A stretch of 64,000 nucleotides of DNA from positions 5,022,001-5,086,000 of the forward strand of contig OZ038378.1 in NCBI GenBank assembly GCA_964036045.1, given 5' to 3'. This stretch comes from Eutreptiella sp. 'Long Island Sound 2002' (lineage: Eukaryota > Protista > Euglenida). The position numbers and the translations under genes are program-made. Position 1 is the stretch's first letter. Each line of letters starts with the position of its first letter. Below the pieces are notes generated by a model, which searched no databases, was not told the DNA's origin, and saw only the letters and a list, made by a program, of their open reading frames with translations. Positions 1 through 11,100 of this stretch are shown one piece after another.

Positions 1-44
1 GGACCCATGGCAAGCATCAGACCAATACAAAACATCCCTGGTGT

Positions 45-480
45 ACCAGCAGGGGCTGTAGGGTGCAGAATTCAGGACCCTGGGACCCGTGGTGAAAAAC
101 AGCCAACTTTTCGCACAGCGCTCGCACAGCGTGGACACAGCGCACGGTACGCACGTCCAAGAGTGAGCAGCTGCATGGGCCCGAAACCGTCTCAACGGGC
201 CGTGTGAGTGGTCTTTTTTTTTCTTTCGGATTCGGCAGGTCCAAATTAGGGGGGGGGGGGTGCATGCACCACCCTAAGTGGTACCGCACCTTAGTAAATG
301 CGTGACCTTCCAAAGTACTACACCCTTGTTACAGGCAAGGACACGATGGCCTGAGGGGGGCGTTTCTGCACAGCGCGGGCACAACGCCCAATATTAAGTT
401 AGCCTTCCCATGACCACCCTGAAAACCACCCACCACCGGGGGAGCTATATCCACAGGGCAAACACAGATTTAGACAGCAA
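45..480 (+). repeat. Dispersed repeat family A (GGTGCAGAATTCAGGACCC..GGACCCGTGG..AAAACAGCCAACTTTTCGCAC; CGCACAGCGCG motifs)
   Basis: Clear similarity by eye to 10490-10760, with partial matches near 38985-39060. No coding signal. Confidence 0.6.
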
Positions 481-1499
481 ACAACATCTTTAGTGGGAAA
501 TATAGTTTGTTTCTCATTATCTCATTATCTGGAGTTTTGGACTACGGAGGAATCTTGAGTAATCCTGTGCATGGGAACACAGTAGTTACTGCGGTCAGCC
601 TTGGCCACCAGGGAAAATGGGTCCAAAATCGCCTACTTTTCGCACTGCGTGCACACAGCACAGGCACACTGCACAGTTCATCCCCATGGGAGAGCGTCTG
701 CATCGGTGGGGGGAAAGTGGCTTGTGCAGGGGGTTCGTTTGAGCGCCTTTTCCAGAGCCCCCCCTCCCGCTTCAGGGCTCCCGTGACGGGGCTAAGGTAG
801 CCCAACATATACGGCTGAAAATGATCCCACAATGCGCTGATCATTTTGAGGGATGTATCATTGGGGGGATTGTTCGGCGTAGGTGGTGAGTCATCACTGG
901 TGTTTAGACTGGCCCCTTTGGAATGGCCTGTCATGAGAGCCCCTTTTCCAGCCCCTTTTCGGCCATGCCGGTAATGCATGGTGTCTTTATCCGACACTGA
1001 TTGCTGATGTCTGACTGACAGCTACTGACTGTGATTGTCTGACTAATGTAGTCAGACATGATGTTCTGTTTTCTGTTTCAGACACAGTGTGTGTCTTGAG
1101 GTTCAACCAGGTTTGGCATAGAGAATAAAGATGCACTTATGCCTGACTGTGGAGTGCATTACCTCTGGTTTGCATTTGTCTGTATTTTAATTAGGTCACC
1201 CCCCCCCCTCTCCTTGCGGAGGATCAAACCACCGCACCCCCCCTCGCACAAACCAATTTTGCACTACCCCAGAATCCTCCATGAGGCCCAAGGGGTCCAA
1301 GCCAGGATCTAGGCTCCCAAGGCTTTCCTCCGGATGTGTCACAGTCTGGACGGAGGGGCCAAGTGGTGCAGAGGCACAGCGCTCTGAGGCAGGTGAATCT
1401 GCACGCACAATGGGAAGCGTGAGACATTCCACCGGGCAATCCCTATACACCTGGGTATGGCCAGAGTGCTCATATTGGATGGCTCAGGGAAGGACCAAA

Positions 1500-2300
1500 G
1501 GCCCACAACACTGGCAGGCGCATGATTCCTGGTGGTACCTCTATAATAGAAGACATTGCTGCCTGGCTTCAAAAGGTCAGCAATCATTGCCCCGTGTCCT
1601 GTGGAATACAAAAGAGGCAACACACAGTCATACAGATGTTATGAAATGTACAATGCCCCCTGCAGCCCACAAAGAAACCACACACAATTCGCCCTGGGCT
1701 GCAACAAAGATGTGTCTACCCGAACAAAGGAGTTGGCCACCCAGTGCTGCTGTTCAGTGCCGTATGACTGCTTTTTTGCAACACTCCTTGTTACCTACGC
1801 CAGTCCTGCCTAAATGCACCGCACGCACACACCGCATGTGAGACACTCTCTGCAGAGAATGGCACCTTTTCTCTGTCTTGGCGAATTCCTCATCTTCTGA
1901 GTCTCACAATTTTAAACCTTGTGGAAAATATGCAGCCTTACAAGCTGCGCAGATGTTATTGTCAGAGGACTGCCCCATGGAGCATGAGGAAAACTCTTCT
2001 CTGCCAGGCTCAATCAAAACGAGATGGTTGCATGGTTTTCTGCTTGAAACAAGGGGCAACAAGACCCACAGGGGAAAACACACATGTTCAAAGAGCTCGC
2101 AGATGCCCAATCGACCACTTGCAATCATTCCACACAAACTCTCCCCAAATTATTATGTTGCACTTGTTACCGCACTTGTTTGGGTCCGAAAAAATATGGT
2201 CCACCCAGGACGTGGGGCTTAGACAAGGAGGTGCTGTGTGTCAAGCCTCATCTGGAATAGCTTGCAGGCCCGTGAGCAGATTCATTTACCACTGTTGGCT
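1500..2300 (+). pseudogene. Degenerate non-LTR retrotransposon C-terminal fragment (possible)
   Basis: Broken frames with RVLWN.. followed by C..C..E.T.H..lgC-like spacing (CYEMYNAPCSPQRNHTQFALGC), reminiscent of the LINE zf-RVT region. Frameshifted. Confidence 0.25.
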
Positions 2301-3785
2301 GGGGTATTAACCCCGCCCCTGTGCACAGTCCCCCCAGAACGTATGAAGGACTGTGCATTAGGACCCAGACCGGAACTTCCACTACAGCTACATTGTAACT
2401 TCTTTGGCACTTTCGCTGCCGTGGACTTGGACTTTTGAGGCAAGTGATGGTGCCCCACCAGGAGGTTGCTGCGCAACCGCCCCCCCCCCCCCCCTCCGTC
2501 TGGGGAACTTCGCAAAGGGGGTGGTGCCGTGAGGGTGATGGTACCCCATACCCCATATTCTTTGGCAGTAGATGCTGGGGCACCATTGCTGCCACGCAGC
2601 TGACATCCACATGGAAAGAAAACCGACATGCACTCCATGCGTCATGGGACGTTGATACTGCCATACCCCAAACGGGCCACAGTAAGAAAGAAATTTGAAA
2701 TGTGTACGAGCTTATCTTACCATGGCAAATGAAACGGATGCATGAAGTCGCCATGGCCCCGGCCAAATGTGTTTTGACTCCTTCCAAAAAGAATTTGATG
2801 AATTTCTGGGCTTGTTTGGATCCCTAAGACGTCCCAAACAGACACACCGGCGACCTGGCCCAGTTTGTCGCATTAAGGCCTGTATGCGCACCATCCGCAA
2901 TATATAAAAAGACAAGTGATTGGGTCATGGGGATTTGAATGCAGATGCTGCATCGTGGAAGATGGACCTGCACAGGGGGAACAGCGATGGGTGTGTATGG
3001 TCCGAACACACCCCTGCCACATCGCATCTGACGTTTGGCACCAGCCCTCAATGTACGCTATCGATACAACAGCAGCAGATTTGGCGATGATGTCAGCAGA
3101 AGTCTTCGAAGCCCCTTTGTCTCGCCTGTGACTGTAAAACAGTACCCAGTGTCGGAGGTACACAACTGATGCACCAACACGCAGGTATCAGCACAGATCC
3201 ATGGCATTTGAGACTGGCATGTCAACTGCAAAGCCCTTCTCAAAACCTTTTCTTCGACAGGGGCAACGGAAGCCAGACTGCAAGCAGATCTCTCCAAGAA
3301 GCGACCAATTCTGCGGATCCACTGGGAACTTGGATACCAACAACGTCTGTCAATTCGGTGTCCCAGATCAGGCATTTGGCTTTGCATCGGGCCTCTGTGC
3401 ATCCGCTTGCGCGCTGGCCTGCATGCCTTCTGGGGGCCAGTTCTGCTTTTCCCCGCAACCGGAGGGTAGGGCCACCGTTTGTGATGCCGGGGTGCTGTTC
3501 GATGGTGGAGAGGTCCCAATTCCCAGCGGATCCAACGCCTTGTCAGCCATTTATGTCGCACACCAAAGACTAGAGAATGCAGCAGGCAAATGGTGACGCT
3601 CTTTGTTGAAAACATAGAGAATCCAAAATGCCGCAGCAGCCTCACTGAACTGCCTGTCTGCTGTAAAGTAGACGTTGTCTGCCAGCTGTAGACACTGTCA
3701 GCATGCTGTAACAATATCAGCATATGGGGACGGCAGGGGGGGGGGGGGGGGGTTGTGCATAGTAGCCAGCAAGATTACAAAAACA

Positions 3786-4235
3786 CTACAGCACACTGCA
3801 CAACACTGCACTGCACTTACACTGCACTGCACTGCACTGCACTGCCGTACAATACAGTACAGTAGTACAGCGCATAAACTACACTGTGCTGCACTGCACT
3901 GCCCTTACACTGCATGCACTACTACACTGCGCGGACAGCTATACTGCACTGCAATCTAATTTTTCTTTTGACGAAGCTGCAATAGTTCTGCAACAGTACG
4001 AGTCAATCTCGGGATCTAAGTACACTCTCAGAACATACCATAGCTTCTTCCCCTGTCCAGCAGGGGGTCGAGGTTGACAAAGAAGGAGCTACTTATATTC
4101 CTACCTTGAGTATACCTGCAGAGCGACCTATACTGCACTGCAATCTAATGCCCTGCCCTGCCCTGCACTGCACTTCACCTTCGTGGCACCCCACCCCATT
4201 CACTGCACTGCACTGCACTATGACACTGCACCACA
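3786..4235 (+). repeat. (CACTG)n pentanucleotide microsatellite, interrupted by a ~167-bp insertion
   Basis: Direct reading of actgc/cactg repeats at 3786-3952 and 4130-4235. Confidence 0.85.
3939..4149 (-). mobile_element. Short retroposed insertion with 22-bp TSD and A-rich tail
   Basis: CTATACTGCACTGCAATCTAAT at 3939-3960 and 4128-4149. The insert ends in AAAAGAAAA on the minus strand. Confidence 0.6.
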
Positions 4236-4597
4236 CTGGGGTGGGGAAACACCTGTGGGGTCTGTGGAAACCCTTTTAGGTATCTAGAACCTTGAATGAG
4301 CCCATTGAGAAGCGTGAAGCAGCAATGGCGGTGATATCCTAGCAAAAGGGATGGTTGCAGTCAACTTAAAGCTCCTCATTAGCGCTTCCCCAACGCCAAA
4401 GCTTCCCCGCAGTCTGGTAATTAGCCTTTTCCTTAGGGATCACAGAGGCAAAAAATTGTGTTACGAATCCCCCCAACCATCTGATAAGTGACAATTTGCC
4501 GTGCAGCCTCAATTTCAATCGTCATCGTGCAGCGCTTGTGACATCACAATGCACACACTTCTACCTCATCCTCCCCCTCATCTTGCATGGCGCCCGT

Positions 4598-4700
4598 GGA
4601 CAAAATCAGAAATACTTGACCCCTGCCTTCTCGGGGGTCCCCAATAGAAGGGGACAAAATCAGAAGTGGCTACATCACCCTTGCCTTCTTGGTGGCAAAT
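4598..4700 (+). repeat. ~60-bp satellite-like unit (GGGGGTCCCCAA..GGGACAAAATCAGAAGTGGCTACATCACCCCTGCCTTCTC)
   Basis: About two tandem units here. Reverse-strand relatives at ~37310-37372, ~45195-45280 and ~52066-52150. Confidence 0.65.
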
Positions 4701-5069
4701 TCTTTGGTGAGGGGGGGCAAAAACAGGCACGGGTGCGGAATGTTAAAAAAGAAGGTGCTCGGCGCGCTAACACTCACCCTATGCCACCACGTGAAGTTGG
4801 TGGCCAAGCGACTTGTGTTGTACAGATGTGCCAGGACCAAGCGCCCATGAACACCATACGCAAGCATGGCGGGAACTACTTCGGTGTTAGAATTGTGGGA
4901 AATTGTTGGAAGGAGAGATGTTTTTACATGTCCTGCAGCCAAGGTTTTGCTCTCCTTAGGGGCCATTTTGGGAGCAGGTAAAAGTTGAGTTGTTGTGGGT
5001 AAACCTAGTGCAAAAGTACACGGGCGGCGTGGATACTCCCCATTCATTTAGATATAGGCCTCAATGTAT

Positions 5070-5215
5070 ACTGAAATAGACTTAGATATAGAATTGGATA
5101 GACTTAAATGTACACTTAGATAGAGACCTAGAGATGGACTTAAATATAGACTGCAATATAGACTTAAGTATACACTTGAACATAGATTTGAAGTTGGACT
5201 TAGATGTAGACTTAG
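5070..5215 (+). repeat. Imperfect 12-bp minisatellite (ATAGACTTAAAT-like)
   Basis: Recurrent tagactta/gacttaga with ~12-bp period. Confidence 0.6.
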
Positions 5216-7226
5216 AACCCTATTTTGGTCCCAAACTGGCCCATTTTTAAGGCTTTTTAAATGTTTAGAGGGGCCAAATAACCCAATCACAAACTGGCAT
5301 GCTTTGTCACAAATGAGCTGATCCAACATGATCTATGCATCTACATGTGTGGCAATGTTGTTCACAAAGGGGCGGACGTTGTGTCTTTGCTGTGGTGATG
5401 CCATTCGATGGCTCCGTTCACGGACAGGTGTGAACGAGGTATACTGTCTGAGTGATCGTGCCTTGCAAGAGTTTAGCAACGCAATCTTGTTGCATGCTCT
5501 ATCGAATGGTGTCTACGGTCTGTGCGCACATACTGAGAGACACCATGGGCTCGGATCCAAGAACACAAAAGCTCAATGAGTGCAAAGCCATAGCAGCACA
5601 ACAAGTACGGGCCATCCAACAAGTTTATTTGGCTAAAGGCTGGCTATTTTTCACTTCAATGGATAAGCCAAAACATATCCACCAATTGTGGCAGTTGGAG
5701 GCTCGTATGAGCCACAGGTTAGTATGGCTGATTTAGAGGAGAGTGTGTGTCCACAAGTCCCTAGTAGTTAAAGGCAACCATCAAGTAGCCTCAAAGAATT
5801 TACAGCAACCATCCACAAGCTACCAATAAATAGCAGCAACCATCCAAAAGCAACCAAGAATTACCGGCTACCATTCAGGGATTCACGGTAGGGAATCACC
5901 GGATTTCCCATCCATTTCTCCATTTTGGATCTCGGCGGACATTAGTATGTGGTTGACTTTTCCATCGTCGGAGAACGCTGATGGTTGTTGGTTGTTTGGG
6001 CTGTGTCTTTGTGCACACAGGCTTGGGTATCTGTCTAGTCAATTCCCGCTATTTGCCTTCAACAGTTCAAGGGCAGGGACAAATGCATGTGCTACCTCTG
6101 GCCCTACGTGGACCTCTAGTTCTAGCTCCAGCCCTGACTGTGGTTCTAAAGTTGACTCTGACTGCTTATTAGCACGTTATTATGGAAGGCCTTGGTGCCG
6201 CACTGTGCCCTGAAGTACAAGCCCGACCGGCCATCACAACCACGGAAATTGCTGTGTGGTTTTTTGGGAGTCCTGTCATCGGAACCCTTTCTAGGGGAGG
6301 CTGCCAGTGGGGGCTCCATTGACCCCCTGCCCCAGAGGTTGACAACTTGCCCACCTCATGAGCCACCAAGACACGGTGCACTATTGTTCTGAATGTATTG
6401 GCATCCACAATTTGTTAAGCACATTATGGGTGACATTTTGTGTTGTTGAAATGTCCTTTTTTCGGCTTATGCAACGTTCTTTGCAGGGAAGGTTTGCGGT
6501 GCAGTGCGGTCTACTTGGGGGACTTCCCTAGGTGAGGATAAATTTGGGGCTAGAGCCATGATACTCAATACAAAGGTAGTGTGCCGGGCACACATCCCCC
6601 CATAGACACAACAAGAAAAATACATGGCGCCAGAAATAGCCACCCTCTGCGCCCTCCAATTGAAGTGCCGCTGCCACGGGTCACCCGACGGGCAGTCTGC
6701 CGAACGAACCTAGAGAAGCGCGACGAACGCCTCCTACATCATCCCACTAATGGGGCCAAGCCACCGGATTCTCCGGCATGTAATGACTTTGTCATCTAGA
6801 TCACCGGGTTGCCCATACGGGATGATGACAATGTGTGACATCACATGTCTAGCCTCTTGTAAAATCATCATTTTGGGAGACAAAATTAGACTCTAATGAA
6901 TTTTTTGGTTTTAATTGCTTTGGCTTTCCGGGCCAATAAGCACCACTAGAAAGGCCTAGTTGGTGCCACGTGGCTCCCCATGGCTTTATACGTACTCCTA
7001 TCATCACCAAATGACGCCCTAAGGGTCCCTGTGGGTTGTCAAAGGTCAACCATAAATTTCTATTTTTCAGCCACCCCATGCCGGCCTTAAAATAGATAAC
7101 TCCTCACCAGTGGGGCCCCATCGGGGGCCGATCTTAGAAAAATGGAGATAACACTTGGGACCCTTGTCATTGGTAAGGAGGTCTATGTAAAAGAATGGGA
7201 CCTGGGTCCAAATCAAAGCACGGTGG

Positions 7227-7854
7227 TGGCTATAAACCAAACAAGATGTGACAACCCCACCCCCCACACACACATACACCCGAGCCCAAAAAGTGGCAAC
7301 ATTGGCGCATGGACTTCTAAAAGCGAATTCCTTTCACTCACCCATGCTTCCTTGAGCTCTTACGCTACTTGGTTGGTTGGATGTGTTTCTGCTTGGTCGA
7401 TAGAGATCAACCTTTGGCAAGGTGGAACATAAAAAGCAACACAGTGGTGTGCCTTTCTTTCTGGTAACATGTAGACCCCTTTGGGGTTGACAAAAGAAAG
7501 CTCAGCCAAGACAGATAGCAGGGCTGCAGGCATGTCAAAGGTGGACTCATATTGTATCACCAAGCCTTGGGGCTTTGTGACCTGTGTGCGGCCCAAAAAC
7601 CGGCACCCAGGTAGGCGGGGATGCTGTTTTGGACGTGTTTCCGTAGTGGGGAAAACTAGGTTGGCTTATAGCCGCCACTGTGCATGGATTCACATTGTGA
7701 GGTGGTGTCAAGGTTGCCTTGGGTGGTGGGGGTGGGGTGAAACATGGGGTTGTGGGGGTGTAGTATGGTCTGTATGTGGCAAGAATATTGCTAATTGCCC
7801 TGAAATTCCCCAGTTTCTCCGTGTACAATGCGCATGTGATAATAAAAGACACTG
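7227..7854. repeat. 628-bp direct repeat, copy 1 (flanks the gag-YR module)
   Basis: Nearly identical to 9539-10166 at a constant offset of 2312. I count about five substitutions. Confidence 0.95.
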
Positions 7855-8868
7855 TTTGCACAAGCAGAGCACAAGAAAACTGCACCACAGCGCCAGGACG
7901 CCCACGCGCTCCGGAGTCGGCAAAGGCCCTCGGTCACGGGACCATGCAGGCAGTACCGTAGGGGCAACGACTCCCGGGTCGGACCACTTGGTGCCGTATT
8001 GCATCGCCACGGCCGTGCTCTGCCATCTGCCCCACCATTTGTAGTAGGCGAGGTCTGGTTTGCGGGCCCAAGTCGCTGCGGCGCCTCCCCGGCGCAGGGC
8101 ATGCCACCTGGCTCGGGCGTGCGCGGTGCTCGCCAGGGTTTCGGCCATGCCTGCCTCCAATCTTGCCACCCCTGACTGCCAGACCAGCATGTCTGAGGAC
8201 CGGCCCAACGAGACCATGTGGCGATGAAGCCACGCACGGACGCCGTCCGCATACCTGTACAGGGGGGTGGTGGTGTACCCCTCCTCCCCTGTCTTGGAGT
8301 TCCAAAACTGGACAAAGCCTGGCATAGCCAGGTCTGAAACCCTGATGCCAGCTGCTTCGCCCACCCGTAGGTAGCATACCCAGCTGATGATCGCCAGCGC
8401 GCTGAACACCGTCCCGTTTCTGGAGTCTCTGGCCTTTTCGACCAGCTGGACCAAGCCTGCTGGGGACAGGTAGGGCTGGGAGCCCGAAGAGGCGGCTCCC
8501 GCCGCGATCCTCTTGTGCAGGGTTGTGACTGTTGGGGGCAGCCACTGGAGATCCTCCACGGCCCGGACCGCGGAAGTAATACCCCGCAGGGCTGACGCTG
8601 TAGCCCCGGCTTGCGCCCGCTCTGCCAGGAGGCCTGCCAGTGCCGCGGCTGGATCAGGCGGGCCCGCGCGCTCCGCGTAAGCTGCCAAGGCCCGGAGCCG
8701 GGACGCATACTGCGAGCGGGTTCTCGGCCTCCACGACTGTATGGCGCTTTCTTCCGGTGAGCCGGGGTCGTCTGCCCGGGCTGCTGTCTCCCACCGGCGG
8801 GCGAGCGCTCGCAGTTCCGCCGCTGTGCCCGTGACGCCGGAGCCCGGGGCGGCCGGTCCGGGCTCCAG
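7708..8868 (-). CDS. Tyrosine recombinase (DIRS/Ngaro/VIPER/Crypton-type YR)
   Basis: Catalytic motifs YLRVGE (R), NSKT (K), HALRRGG (HxxR), WGRW and AMQY (Y). The frame stays open upstream of the track start to 8868 and includes SWRPRTRSQYASRL (N-terminal sT...Y motif). No ATG of its own. The last ~49 codons run into repeat copy 1. Confidence 0.9.
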   Translation of the reverse strand: MEPGPAAPGSGVTGTAAELRALARRWETAARADDPGSPEESAIQSWRPRTRSQYASRLRALAAYAERAGPPDPAAALAGLLAERAQAGATASALRGITSAVRAVEDLQWLPPTVTTLHKRIAAGAASSGSQPYLSPAGLVQLVEKARDSRNGTVFSALAIISWVCYLRVGEAAGIRVSDLAMPGFVQFWNSKTGEEGYTTTPLYRYADGVRAWLHRHMVSLGRSSDMLVWQSGVARLEAGMAETLASTAHARARWHALRRGGAAATWARKPDLAYYKWWGRWQSTAVAMQYGTKWSDPGVVAPTVLPAWSRDRGPLPTPERVGVLALWCSFLVLCLCKQCLLLSHAHCTRRNWGISGQLAIFLPHTDHTTPPQPHVSPHPHHPRQP

Positions 8869-8877
8869 CTAGTCCTG

Positions 8878-9510
8878 TCAGGACCAGTGTGGGCACCTAA
8901 AGTGCCAGTGGCGCTCGTCAGGGGAGCCCCGCTGCGCGCACCTCTGGCACCCTCCGCCCGGCGGCGACTCCACAGGGATCCATTCGCCTTGCCGTGACTG
9001 CCACTGCAGCACTCCGCCCACTTCCCTGAACTTTACACTTCGCCATGTGAATGCCGACCCCTGCTCCTTCCATGCCTCCTCCAACGTGGCGTACTGGCTG
9101 GACTCGGAGCTGGACTTCCCTTGTGTTCCTGCATACCTGCGGGCATACGCCGCCTGGGACTGGGACACGCAGTCCCAGACCCTCCACGCCAGCTGTTCTC
9201 CTGGGTCGACCGCGGCCTCCGTTGCCTGGCCGCCGAACTCGCTCGGGCGGGGGATCTCCCCCACCTCACCGGCCCTAAGGCGTACGTACGCCTTGATGTT
9301 GGACAGCATGAGTCGAATCCACTGTGCCAACTGGGGCTTCTCGAGGGCTCGGTTGATCTCCGGTACGCTCAGCGGGGGCAAGCGGGGCCCCTCCTTCACT
9401 GCCACTCGGGCGAGTTGCTCTCTGAGTTCTTGAATTTCTTTGGCCTGTGCTGCCAGTCGCTCCTCGGCTGACACCTGCTGGGCCTGATTGGGCTGCTCAA
9501 CCCCGTCCAT
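8878..9510 (-). CDS. Gag-like ORF1 of a YR element (coiled coil + C-terminal CxxC...HWHFRC zinc knuckle)
   Basis: 210-aa ATG-initiated ORF with N-terminal heptad-like EERLAAQAKEIQELREQLAR and C-terminal PPGGGCQRCAQRGSPDERHWHFRC. It lies directly upstream of, and in frame with, the YR. Confidence 0.7.
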   Translation of the reverse strand: MDGVEQPNQAQQVSAEERLAAQAKEIQELREQLARVAVKEGPRLPPLSVPEINRALEKPQLAQWIRLMLSNIKAYVRLRAGEVGEIPRPSEFGGQATEAAVDPGEQLAWRVWDCVSQSQAAYARRYAGTQGKSSSESSQYATLEEAWKEQGSAFTWRSVKFREVGGVLQWQSRQGEWIPVESPPGGGCQRCAQRGSPDERHWHFRCPHWS

Positions 9511-9538
9511 GGGTTAACAAAAACAAAGACAGGAAAAC

Positions 9539-10166
9539 TGGCTATAAACCAAACAAGATGTGACAACCCCACCCCCCACACACACATACACCCGAGCCCA
9601 AAAAGTGGCAACATTGGCGCATGGACTTCTAAAAGCGAATTCCTTTCACTCACCCATGCTTCCTTGAGCTCTTACGCTACTTGGTTGGTTGGATGTGTTT
9701 CTGCTTGGTCGATAGAGATCAACCTTTGGCAAGGTGGAACATAAAAAGCAACACAGTGGTGTGCCTTTCTTTCTGGTAACATGTAGACCCCTTTGGGGTT
9801 GACAAAAGAAAGCTCAGCCAAGACAGATAGCAGGGCTGCAGGCATGTCAAAGGTGGACTCATATTGTATCACCAAGCCTTGGGGCTTTGTGACCTGTGTG
9901 CGGCCCAAAAACCGCCACCCAGGTAGGCGGGGATGCTGTTTTGGGCGTGTTTCCGTAGTGGGGAAAACTAGGTTGGCTTATAGCCGCCACTGTGCATGGA
10001 TTCACATCGTGAGGTGGTGTCAAGGTTGCCTTGGGTGGTGGGGGTGGGGTGAAACATGGGGTTGTGGGGGTGTAGTATGGTCTGTATGTGGCAAGAATAT
10101 TGCTAATTGCCCTGAAATTCCCCGGTTTCTCCGTCTACAATGCGCATGTGATAATAAAAGACACTG
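9539..10166. repeat. 628-bp direct repeat, copy 2
   Basis: Matches 7227-7854. Ends 28 nt upstream of the gag-like ATG on the minus strand. Confidence 0.95.
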
Positions 10167-10489
10167 GAGCGCCTCGGCTACAACCACGTGTTGTCCCACT
10201 TTTTGTTGGGGGTGGGGTTCAGACTAAGATGAGTTGGCACAGCCTGCTCACTTCACAGTACCCGGGATAACCTCTCGGTAGTACTTGAGATAACCTCTCG
10301 GAATCAAGGTTCAGAGCTGTCCAGTGCTACAATGACCCCACAATGGTGTGGTAGCAGATCTGACATGTAGTGAGGATTAGGTAAGTCTGAACCACGTGTT
10401 GTTCCACTTTTTTCTTCTGTATGGACCCCCTAACTAATGATGGGGGTCCCGGGTGCTATCTCCATTTTTTCAAGAACAGCCGCACTATA

Positions 10490-11100
10490 GGGGCGTTTTC
10501 GCATAACGCGTGCACAACGCCAATTATTACTTTGTTTATCCCGGGAACACCCCTGAAAACCACGAACCTACAGAAGGATGCTTGATCCATTCAAAACAGC
10601 ATGGGGTGCAGAATTCAGGACCCTAGGACCCGTGGCTACCGGTGGTGGAAAACAGCCAACTTTTCGCACCGTGCACGCACAGCGCGGGCACATCGCACGG
10701 TGCGCCCCCTACGGGGCCCGCCGGTGAGGACCAGTGAGGTAGCCGTTTTTTTGTTGTGCATCTGCCAGTCCTCATTACAGCCCCATTTGGAAAGCGGAAT
10801 CATGGCAACGCCATGGTCCATAACGGTTGTGCATGCTGGTCTGTCTGGGGCGTTTGACAAAATAGTCCCTCAGATTCCCAGTAATACATATAACCATCAA
10901 GGTATGCCATACCGGCCACACATCTCAATGAGACTCTAGGACTTCATGGGTGTGTGTGTGCACAGCGCGCGCACAGCGTGGGCGTAGCGCACACACGAGG
11001 AAGAAATTGGGTTTTTTTCTACAATTGGCAATATTCTTGCCTATACTAACCATACTACACCCCCACAACGTTGGACAGCCTGATGTTTCACCCCAACCCC
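10490..11100 (+). repeat. Dispersed repeat family A copy
   Basis: Similar to 45-480. Its part at ~11025-11100 is homologous, in reverse orientation, to the interior of the 628-bp repeats. Confidence 0.55.

Noticed and set aside
7791-8708. 305-aa ORF overlapping the YR as a possible RT/RNase H
   Set aside because: No RT or RNase H motifs. It is an alternative frame kept open by high GC.
7708-8868. Bacterial or phage integrase contamination
   Set aside because: It is coupled to a gag-like zinc-knuckle ORF and embedded in host-type repeats, with no prokaryotic gene neighbourhood.
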